In this document: positions 1 to 6,546 of the stretch, one piece after another | Position numbering within the stretch: the first letter of the stretch is position 1 | Layout of the letters: every line of letters begins with the position of its first letter | Virus record (IMG/VR): IMGVR_UViG_3300025789_001193 | Span: 1 to 26,847 of that record | Direction: 5' to 3' (one strand) | Length of the DNA stretch: 26,847 bases | Origin: a virus | Lineage: Duplodnaviria; Caudoviricetes | The notes under the pieces: generated by a model | Told to the model about the DNA's origin: nothing | The model's input: only the letters and a program-made list of their open reading frames with translations | Databases searched by the model: none | Translations under genes and position numbers: made by a program

Positions 1-338
1 GTACCACCGTGGGTTGTGATTGCGTTCATTCTGAGTTGAGCCGGAAGACCTTTAAGGTTAGCATCTTCTGCCATCTCTACATATGGATACCAAGTGTTGT
101 TCATCGACATCAAAGATGCGGCAGTGAGCGCGGCATCTCGTTCTTGTGAGTTTTCCATAGAACTTTGAATAAAGGTAACTAATTTCCCGTTACCTGTGCT
201 CATTGCGGCGGCCAGCGCACAACCTTCTGCTTCCTCAACTGCTAGAGTACTACGCTTAATAACAGCGTCCAAGTTCAACTTAGTGTCCTTGGCGTACTCA
301 GGCAGACCTTCTTTAAGTTGATCTACCCAGGCAGTCAT
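1..338 (-). CDS. ahpD: Alkyl hydroperoxide reductase AhpD (3' end runs off the window)
   Basis: Not in the ORF track. ATG at 338 overlaps the ahpC stop (TAATG). Translates MTAWVDQLKEGLPEYAKDTKLNLDAVIKRS...AALTAASLMSMNNTWYPYVEM...LRMNAITTHGGT, with typical AhpD motifs (PEYAKD-KLNL, MxMNNxWY, LRMN), directly downstream of ahpC. Confidence 0.9.
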   Translation of the reverse strand, partial: MTAWVDQLKEGLPEYAKDTKLNLDAVIKRSTLAVEEAEGCALAAAMSTGNGKLVTFIQSSMENSQERDAALTAASLMSMNNTWYPYVEMAEDANLKGLPAQLRMNAITTHGG

Positions 339-877
339 TATAGAGTCTCCCCACCTACCACACGGTTACAAGCACATAGCTCGCCAGTTTGTAGAGCGTC
401 AAGAATACGCAGAGTTTCTTCTGGGCTACGACCTACGTCCAAGTTGTTTACTGTAACGTGCTGGATCGTGTTGTCTGGATCAACAATGAATGTAGCGCGA
501 AGTGCGGCACCTGCTGGCGCATAGAATACACCTAGTTGTTCTGCCAAGCTCAATTCACCACGCTGTGTATCAGCAAATTGTGTGTGTTTGATATTGACCA
601 AATCTGGATGGCTCTTTTGCCAAGCAATTTTACAGAACTCGTTGTCTGTTGAACCTGTCAACAATACAGCATCACGATCTTCAAAATCTTGATTCAACTT
701 GTCATAGGCAACAATTTCTGTTGGGCAAACAAATGTAAAATCCTTTGGATAGAATACGATCACTTTCCACTTACCTAAAAAGGTTTCATCTGTAATGTTG
801 AAGAAAGCATCTTCTGGTTGTCCTGGCTTAACACCTGTTACTACAAAATGTTCTAACTTATCGCCGATTGTTTTCAT
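338..877 (-). CDS. ahpC: Peroxiredoxin AhpC (AhpD-coupled type)
   Basis: FYPKDFTFVCPTE peroxidatic motif, GRSPEETLRILDALQ, C-terminal GELCACN; SD AGGAGG. Confidence 0.95.
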   Translation of the reverse strand: MKTIGDKLEHFVVTGVKPGQPEDAFFNITDETFLGKWKVIVFYPKDFTFVCPTEIVAYDKLNQDFEDRDAVLLTGSTDNEFCKIAWQKSHPDLVNIKHTQFADTQRGELSLAEQLGVFYAPAGAALRATFIVDPDNTIQHVTVNNLDVGRSPEETLRILDALQTGELCACNRVVGGETL

Positions 878-933
878 ATTTCCTCCTGTGTGTATAATGA
901 AAAACTTGTACTCAGTGTTTATACTGATATAAT

Positions 934-962
934 ATTGTAATAGTATTTAACACTTAGATCAA
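934..962 (-). promoter_or_regulatory. Sigma70-type promoter for ahpC-ahpD
   Basis: TTGATC (962-957), 17-nt spacer, TACAAT (939-934). Confidence 0.65.
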
Positions 963-970
963 GCGTTTTA

Positions 971-1019
971 ATAGCTTTTAACAATAATTGTTTCAATGAC
1001 TGTAATAGAAAAAATCAAT
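971..1019. promoter_or_regulatory. OxyR-like binding box
   Basis: Minus strand reads ATTG-N7-CTAT-N7-ATTG-N8-ATTG-N7-CTAT, resembling the OxyR ATAG-N7-CTAT repeat pattern, just upstream of the ahpC -35. Confidence 0.65.
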
Positions 1020-1026
1020 AACAGCA

Positions 1027-1452
1027 TTATTTGTTGATGATTTGGAAAACCTTATTGGCCAGTATGCGTTCTTTGGCAAATGCTTCTAATTCCCAAGGCT
1101 GTTGATGATAGCGTTTGCTAACTTTCTTGCCCATCCAATATTTGGTTTGTAATCTATCGGGAATATTTTTGAGCTGTCCCCGAGCATACTGTTTGGCATG
1201 AACCATTTCATGTGCTATGGTCAAAACCAACCGTTCAGTGTCTAAGCTGGAGTCTAAAACCATGATCAAGTGTTTTGGACCAATTTTACTGACATAGCCC
1301 CTGGCATTAGTTTCTTTGGCCATGCCACGTTTAGTAAAAACTCCCATACTCCACGTGCTTTTTTTAAGTTTAAGTTCCTGTTCAAAAAATAAAATAGTGT
1401 TAGTGATAAAGGCCGATGTGGCACTCTTTCTAAGATTAAACTGGATGTCCAT
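1027..1452 (-). CDS. Zincin-like (HExxH) putative metallopeptidase
   Basis: IAHEMVHAKQ plus downstream PWELEA. Start moved to ATG 1452 (MDIQF), which follows GAAAGGAA and lies downstream of the promoter. Confidence 0.7.
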   Translation of the reverse strand: MDIQFNLRKSATSAFITNTILFFEQELKLKKSTWSMGVFTKRGMAKETNARGYVSKIGPKHLIMVLDSSLDTERLVLTIAHEMVHAKQYARGQLKNIPDRLQTKYWMGKKVSKRYHQQPWELEAFAKERILANKVFQIINK

Positions 1453-1476
1453 GGATTCCTTTCTAAGTGTGTGTCT

Positions 1477-1505
1477 ATTATACACAAAAAGAAAGGCCCC
1501 GTCAA
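1477..1505 (-). promoter_or_regulatory. Near-consensus sigma70 promoter overlapping the tmRNA terminator
   Basis: TTGACG (1505-1500), 17-nt spacer, TATAAT (1482-1477). Confidence 0.75.
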
Positions 1506-1515
1506 GAGCCTTTCT
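1486..1515 (-). terminator. Rho-independent terminator of the tmRNA
   Basis: AGAAAGGCTC-TTGACG-GGGCCTTTCT followed by TTTT. Confidence 0.8.
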
Positions 1516-1777
1516 GCTATTTTTGGTTACAAGGTATAACTACCTCGCTATTAGGCGTTTGCGGCCAATAGGAATGTATCGTCGTTTGCGATTACTTTTT
1601 TTGTGTCTTCGATCGGGTCACCCCAATCCTAACGGCTTCTACATTGCCGAGTAGATCCTGTCAATACTCTTTGCTCAATCGATCACCATGTCACCCCCAC
1701 CTAAATATACAGCATACACTTAGGTGGAGGTGCCGGCTTCGAAGCCGGGTCTTGAACACTTTTCTATCAAAGCATTA
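1516..1777 (-). ncRNA. ssrA: Circularly permuted (two-piece) tmRNA
   Basis: Acceptor piece ...GTTCAAGAC-CCGGC-TTCGAA-GCCGG-CACCTCC-A-CC (ends about 1723) comes before the coding piece that starts GGGGGTGACATGGTGATCGA at 1698. The 7-bp acceptor stem has the G3.U alanine determinant. Helix TTGAGC/GTTCAA; pseudoknot TCTAC/GTAGA plus CGGC/GCCG; resume context TAATC-GCA; ANDD.. tag. The 5' boundary is approximate. Confidence 0.92.
1551..1589 (-). other. tmRNA tag reading frame ANDDTFLLAANA*
   Basis: GCA AAC GAC GAT ACA TTC CTA TTG GCC GCA AAC GCC TAA, after AAAAAAAGTAATC. Confidence 0.9.
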
Positions 1778-2548
1778 AACTACTATTCTGTTTCGTGCCA
1801 TACTTGATTCAAGCCTGCCACTACTAAATCCTTTAGAAACATATTCTTGCTTTTTTTCAATCAAGATATAATGTTCTTTAACACTATTATTTACCCACAG
1901 TTTTTTAGGAACGTGGCCTTTCTTGCCTCTTACCCATCCTTCTGGAATAGTGTCATTTATTATAATGCGTTTTACTTCTTTTGTCAATACATTTGATATC
2001 CAAATCTTACCGTATTGACTATTCTTATGCCCTGCTGCATTTTCACTTTGTTGCTTTTTTCTTCGTTGTATCTCATCTTCAGAAATGTTCAACCAACTAT
2101 TATTATTTTTATTACGATTTTGTTCTACTACATTAGCATACCAGTTTTGCCACCATTCTGTATTATTAGCCTTTTGCTCTGCTATAAAATCGTTTAATCG
2201 CTTGCCGCTTTTTTTGCCGCCTTTACGAGAATTTTCACTATGTTCTTTGCTACCGTTATAATGATCCCACCCTCCTGGACCGCCTTTGTGCATATTGTAA
2301 GTATCAGATCTTTTTACAAAATCTTCTGTAACAACTTCTGCTTCTTTGTCAGCCATTTCTTCTAATGACGAGCAGTAATGTAAAACTTCTTTGTTAAAGT
2401 TTTCTACACCATATTTTTTAATAGCGGCAGTGATTTGTTTTCCTGAACCGTAGTATCCATTTTCAGAAGGATGTTTGACAGATTTATGTTTTCCAACATA
2501 AATCTTACTGTTCAGCAAGTTTGTTATTTGATAGACATAGTAATACAT
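1775..2548 (-). CDS. Free-standing GIY-YIG homing endonuclease (Seg-like)
   Basis: N-terminal YYVYQITNLLNSKIYVGKH...YYGSG...IKKYG.ENF.KEVL...E...YNM..GG.GG. Basic C-terminal modules (NSQYGKIWI, PEGWVRG, GFSSGR) are typical DNA-binding modules of this family. Likely start is ATG 2548 (MYYYVY). Confidence 0.9.
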   Translation of the reverse strand: MYYYVYQITNLLNSKIYVGKHKSVKHPSENGYYGSGKQITAAIKKYGVENFNKEVLHYCSSLEEMADKEAEVVTEDFVKRSDTYNMHKGGPGGWDHYNGSKEHSENSRKGGKKSGKRLNDFIAEQKANNTEWWQNWYANVVEQNRNKNNNSWLNISEDEIQRRKKQQSENAAGHKNSQYGKIWISNVLTKEVKRIIINDTIPEGWVRGKKGHVPKKLWVNNSVKEHYILIEKKQEYVSKGFSSGRLESSMARNRIVV

Positions 2549-2589
2549 AAATGTATTTATGCCGGACGACACTTCGACTCCGCCTAAAA

Positions 2590-2630
2590 GAACCCACGTC
2601 TTGAATCCTTTTCAATCTACTTCATACAGT
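2590..2630 (-). pseudogene. Stranded fragment of a tmRNA acceptor piece, truncated at the T-loop
   Basis: GAAAAGGATTCAAGACGTGGGTTC is 19/24 identical to GAAAAGTGTTCAAGACCCGGCTTC in the intact tmRNA and stops after GGTTC. Confidence 0.65.
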
Positions 2631-2655
2631 CTTACTATTGAGACTTGCTCAATTC

Positions 2656-2727
2656 TTAACGACGTTTACTAACGTGACGTTTAGCCGCACGTTTAGCCAT
2701 TGTCTTCAAACTTCTTGCTCTTGCCAT
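2656..2727 (-). CDS. 23-aa highly basic peptide MARARSLKTMAKRAAKRHVSKRR
   Basis: Below the ORF-track cutoff. SD AAGGAG 7 nt before the ATG; CTAAATA motif upstream at about 2761-2767. Confidence 0.7.
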   Translation of the reverse strand: MARARSLKTMAKRAAKRHVSKRR

Positions 2728-2771
2728 AATGGTACTCCTTGTTAAAGTTAAACTATACGATATTTAGTTGC

Positions 2772-3269
2772 TTATGTCAAATCTATTTTATACGACCAAG
2801 GATTGATAGCTACGATATTCCTAGTTCCAGTAAACTGTTCAACTCCGTGTATCAGTCCTGGAGAAAACATGATCAATCTATTGGTCTTGGCCATGATGTT
2901 TTTTTCTGTACTCAAAAATCTGCCACCTACTAGATTTTCTACTTGGGCATAATATACTATGCTACACATAGGTGTTTTGACTTCACCAGTATCAGTCCAA
3001 ACTTTTTCATCTTTGTCAACGTGGTAGCCTACCCCCACTCCATAGTGACTCCAGCATTCAACTCCCACCATGTTGGTGAGATCAAATTTGTATTTGGCCA
3101 CATCTATGATGGCATTAAGTGGAAAATCCTGCTTATCAAAATCTTCCACATCAATCCATTTGTTCTTTCCAGAATTTGTGCCATCATATTTTCCTGGACC
3201 ATTGGCAAATACCTCCAGGATAGACAGCCTTTCTTCTTCAGTCAACGCATTATCGATAATAACAAACAT
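2772..3269 (-). CDS. 2OG-Fe(II) oxygenase (prolyl-4-hydroxylase-like)
   Basis: HVD, SIVYY, GGRF, NRLIMF, HGV and R motifs. Confidence 0.85.
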   Translation of the reverse strand: MFVIIDNALTEEERLSILEVFANGPGKYDGTNSGKNKWIDVEDFDKQDFPLNAIIDVAKYKFDLTNMVGVECWSHYGVGVGYHVDKDEKVWTDTGEVKTPMCSIVYYAQVENLVGGRFLSTEKNIMAKTNRLIMFSPGLIHGVEQFTGTRNIVAINPWSYKIDLT

Positions 3270-3270
3270 A

Positions 3271-3819
3271 TCAGTTGAATGTAATAGCGTAGGTGAATCT
3301 ATAGTGATCAGCTATTTGGCTTTGAGGTCTAACACTGTGTGGAGTACGTCCATCAAACAACACCAGCCTGCCAGGTGTATAGGGCAATGCTAGATCAATG
3401 TCATTCATATCTTCTGAATAAAACAATGTTTCGCCATGCCAGCTATGATCCCATTCCAAATTCACATAGTATAAGGCAACCAGTTGTTCTGGATGTGTAT
3501 GTGGGAAATGAGTGTGACTGGGCACTGATAAATTAACCACTGAACGTTTTACTTCTAGATCTTTGATTAGATCATTTACTTCGGTAGTTTTTAAAAATGG
3601 TAGTAGCCCAGCATCCTGATTATTTTGTTCATTGTAGGCAGTATACAGACATTGATGTCTTGCGGCTACTTCATGATCTGCGTCAGGCCATCCTATAAAA
3701 TATGCTGATTTACGGACAAAATCAAAAATGCGATTTCTAATAACAGCGGGTATCAATCCATCATAGACATAGATTAGTTTACCACTAGATAGTACGTGTG
3801 TTTTTAAATTTGTAGTCAT
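3271..3819 (-). CDS. 2OG-Fe(II) oxygenase-like protein
   Basis: HTH, LYYVN..W..SW.GETLFY, PGRLVLFDG..PH and R motifs. Confidence 0.85.
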   Translation of the reverse strand: MTTNLKTHVLSSGKLIYVYDGLIPAVIRNRIFDFVRKSAYFIGWPDADHEVAARHQCLYTAYNEQNNQDAGLLPFLKTTEVNDLIKDLEVKRSVVNLSVPSHTHFPHTHPEQLVALYYVNLEWDHSWHGETLFYSEDMNDIDLALPYTPGRLVLFDGRTPHSVRPQSQIADHYRFTYAITFN

Positions 3820-3854
3820 ACTAAACTATAACAGATATTATCAGTCAATGTCTA

Positions 3855-4163
3855 TTAATTTGGAACCAATACAATCTTTGCGATGCCTGTTTGTGGGTCA
3901 ATCATCTGTTGCCAGTGATAGCCTGCTGGGGGTGCTTGATAGTAGGGCTGTTGGTTAATATAAACAGGAGGTTGTTCAATAACCACAGGTGGTGCTACAT
4001 ATACTGGTGGACGAGCCAATTCATATCCAATTACTCCACCAATAAAAGCTGGCCCTACCCAACCTAGTCCATGGCCACGATAGCAACAGCGATCATGGAA
4101 TCCTTCATGAGCATGTGCTGTCATTGCCAATGTCATTAAACTTGCCAGTATAATTTTTTTCAT
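3855..4163 (-). CDS. Small exported proline-rich protein
   Basis: Signal peptide MKKIILASLMTLAMTAHA; glycine-rich hydrophobic segment; PPVY repeats. Start at 4163 follows AAGGAAA. Confidence 0.75.
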   Translation of the reverse strand: MKKIILASLMTLAMTAHAHEGFHDRCCYRGHGLGWVGPAFIGGVIGYELARPPVYVAPPVVIEQPPVYINQQPYYQAPPAGYHWQQMIDPQTGIAKIVLVPN

Positions 4164-4173
4164 TGTGATTTCC

Positions 4174-4584
4174 TTAGTACCCAAGTATTTGAGTAAATTG
4201 CTGTCCGTGATAATCAAATGTTATCGCACGACCTTGTTGAATTTGAACAGGTATCATACGGCACACTTCACGTTGCTCAATATGAGCCGAATCTTGTCCT
4301 ACTGAATTGCCAATAGCACCGCCCAGTAACGCACCTGCAACCCCGCCAACTAGCCTATCACGACTATTGCCACCAATAGTACTACCAATCGCACCACCAG
4401 CTAGTGCGCCAATTGCGGTGTCCCCGCGGCTATTGTCTCTTACTACTTCACGTACTTCACATTGTCGTTGTTGAACTGTGACATATCGTGGTTGGATACT
4501 TACCACCATGGCGACGTCTGGTGGTGGAGTTTGTGCCATTGCTGAACTTGCCATTAGTGCTGTAACAATTAACAATTTTTTCAT
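4174..4584 (-). CDS. Glycine-zipper 2TM envelope protein (YcfJ-like)
   Basis: Signal peptide; GALAGGAIGSTIGG...GGVAGALLGGAIGN; flanking Cys residues; SD GAGG. Confidence 0.85.
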   Translation of the reverse strand: MKKLLIVTALMASSAMAQTPPPDVAMVVSIQPRYVTVQQRQCEVREVVRDNSRGDTAIGALAGGAIGSTIGGNSRDRLVGGVAGALLGGAIGNSVGQDSAHIEQREVCRMIPVQIQQGRAITFDYHGQQFTQILGY

Positions 4585-4607
4585 TTGTAATACCTCTTAT
4601 GTAAACT

Positions 4608-4695
4608 GCGACGGACCCAAAAAGCATGAACGAGCTCCGCCTGCTCTTAGGGTCTCTCACCCTAGCAACCAACTATGTTGGTTTACCCTTTTGGA
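4608..4695 (-). ncRNA. Candidate structured leader RNA (unassigned)
   Basis: Closing stem CCAAAAG/TTTTTGG around hairpins AACCAAC/GTTGGTT, TAGGGT/ACCCTA and GAGC/GCTC. Loop GGCGGA is complementary to downstream TCCGTC. Confidence 0.55.
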
Positions 4696-4731
4696 TATTA
4701 TTATTTATTGTACGGTAGAATTATTGATATG

Positions 4732-5784
4732 TCAAGAGGGATTTTTTACAGCACACAGGATAACAGGAATTTCAATTATAGGAATAACAAAAGATATACC
4801 AAATAATTTTAATATTTTGTCTACGGCCTTAACAAATTCTGCTATTATCTGCCCAACAAAATTATTCAACCAAAGTTTGATATCTGACACTATTTTGGCA
4901 AAATCGATATTAGGGCGATTAACTGATATGTCAATAGGAAATATCCAATCAAAGGGATTTCCAAAAATTGGAAGATGGAAATTTTTGATAATGGCCATTA
5001 ATTCTTCATAGGTTGCTTCGGCTTTACCATAAATTGCTTTGGCATAGGCCTTGATGGCATCTTCAATTTCTTGGAAAGTAGGCATACGCAACAAGAAGTC
5101 TAATATCTGTCCAAGTATTGCCTGTTTAAGTTGATTCCAGAGCTCACTCCATACTAATTTTTTAGTGGTGGCTAGGTCATATGCCTTAAGACCAATTTCA
5201 ATTAATTCTATAATATTACTGATAATTTTATAAAAGAAAGTCCACAAACTGGCTTTGACTCTTTTCACAATTTCATCAATTTCTAGTTCTGGTATACTGA
5301 AGTCCGTAAAAAACGGATAAGGTATTTCCAATAATTTCAATAACTCAAGCAATTGATCTTTGGCGTTATTGTATAAGTCTAACAATCTAGCTTTTAGTTT
5401 ATCGTACAAATCCTTAGAAAACAAATCACTAATATGAAGGTCAAGTATGGGAATTGTAAGATCTAAATCTGCTAGTCCAAAATGTTTCAGAGCATCAAAT
5501 AACTTTTTTAATACTGTGAATATTGGCTCCAAATAACTTTTCATCAACTGGTCATACAACCTACTGACAGCTTCTTTGACGTCAGTGATAGGATCAATAA
5601 CCCCTGTATGCTTACAACCAATATTAAACAAGGGAATGGACACACCTGTTACAGTCAAAGATGGATCGTTAGGATACGCATCTTGTACCAATGTATAGAT
5701 CTTTTGCATATTAAGACCTTTGGCCAAATCAATCACCAAGGTACCCTGTACTTGAATTTCAGTGGCGGTCGTAATAGCAGTCAT
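4732..5784 (-). CDS. Hypothetical protein, amphipathic helical
   Basis: 350-aa ORF tightly packed in the operon; no motif recognised. Confidence 0.7.
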   Translation of the reverse strand: MTAITTATEIQVQGTLVIDLAKGLNMQKIYTLVQDAYPNDPSLTVTGVSIPLFNIGCKHTGVIDPITDVKEAVSRLYDQLMKSYLEPIFTVLKKLFDALKHFGLADLDLTIPILDLHISDLFSKDLYDKLKARLLDLYNNAKDQLLELLKLLEIPYPFFTDFSIPELEIDEIVKRVKASLWTFFYKIISNIIELIEIGLKAYDLATTKKLVWSELWNQLKQAILGQILDFLLRMPTFQEIEDAIKAYAKAIYGKAEATYEELMAIIKNFHLPIFGNPFDWIFPIDISVNRPNIDFAKIVSDIKLWLNNFVGQIIAEFVKAVDKILKLFGISFVIPIIEIPVILCAVKNPS

Positions 5785-5786
5785 GA

Positions 5787-6077
5787 TTATCGCAGTGCGA
5801 TTCCTGTAGTACCCTGCATGTACTGATCAGAAGCATCTTTTTTACTAAGTGCCATGGCAAAAACATGTGACTTATTCAAAGTCACATCTTCGTCATCGCC
5901 TAGAAACATCCAAGGAATCATGCCCAATCCCTGTGGGCCCATGGTCAATGCCAGGGGTCGATTGATTTTGATTGTAGTATCAGTTTCTTCTTCAAAACGA
6001 GCAATCAGCTCATCACCGTTGACAACTTTTAAACTGACAACATCTCCCTTGGTGTAGGGTTTTTTCATTAACAACAT
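5787..6077 (-). CDS. Small phage protein, possible Sm-like fold
   Basis: VVSLKVVNGDELIARF...IKINRP...GMIPW...Y.Q.TTGI pattern. The fold call is tentative. Confidence 0.6.
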   Translation of the reverse strand: MLLMKKPYTKGDVVSLKVVNGDELIARFEEETDTTIKINRPLALTMGPQGLGMIPWMFLGDDEDVTLNKSHVFAMALSKKDASDQYMQGTTGIALR

Positions 6078-6078
6078 A

Positions 6079-6546
6079 TTATTCCTCGCCTATTAATTTT
6101 TCTAATAACTTATAGTTATCGTATGCCTTTTTAAGGGCCGCAAACTTTTCCAATTTAGCAGGATTAGGTTCAGCTAGTATAGCCAGCCTATCTTCAATCT
6201 TTTCCAATAGTGTACCTAAATTACGGCCTTTCCATTTGATGTCGCCTTCAAATTCGGCATCAGCGGCGACATGTAATCCAACGCCAGTAGTGGTGATATT
6301 AGGCGCAGTCCAAGCCGGATTAGAGCCAGTACTATACAAAAACTGTCCGGGTTGATGGGTATTTGGCACAGTCACTGTGCCATAATTGTAGGGATTAGAT
6401 GCGCCCATGGCCCCACCTAGTATTGATCCTGTGCCAGTCGAGCAGGACACAGTCATTGATCCTGTGATTTTACTAAAGTCAACATCATAAGATTGCCCCC
6501 ATAAGGCACCGTTATAGACTGTGCTGTATATGTCTTTATCATCCAT
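6079..6546 (-). CDS. Hypothetical phage protein
   Basis: Low-complexity N-terminus and a helical C-terminus (LEKIEDRLAIL...LKKAYDNYKLLE); overlaps the upstream gene. Confidence 0.7.
   Translation of the reverse strand: MDDKDIYSTVYNGALWGQSYDVDFSKITGSMTVSCSTGTGSILGGAMGASNPYNYGTVTVPNTHQPGQFLYSTGSNPAWTAPNITTTGVGLHVAADAEFEGDIKWKGRNLGTLLEKIEDRLAILAEPNPAKLEKFAALKKAYDNYKLLEKLIGEE

Noticed and set aside
1316-1654. Plus-strand 112-aa ORF
   Set aside because: Antisense to the tmRNA and the HExxH gene; no SD or motif.
1692-1760. tRNA-Ala gene
   Set aside because: No anticodon arm; the elements are explained by the permuted tmRNA.
1741-2590. Group I intron in the tmRNA T-loop carrying the endonuclease
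   Set aside because: Only about 35-40 nt flank the ORF on each side and no catalytic core is visible. Splicing would join GTGGG to GCCGG, which does not form a T-stem.
4457-5011. Alternative ORFs 4457-4672 (-) and 4478-5011 (+)
   Set aside because: They overlap better-supported genes and the structured leader.
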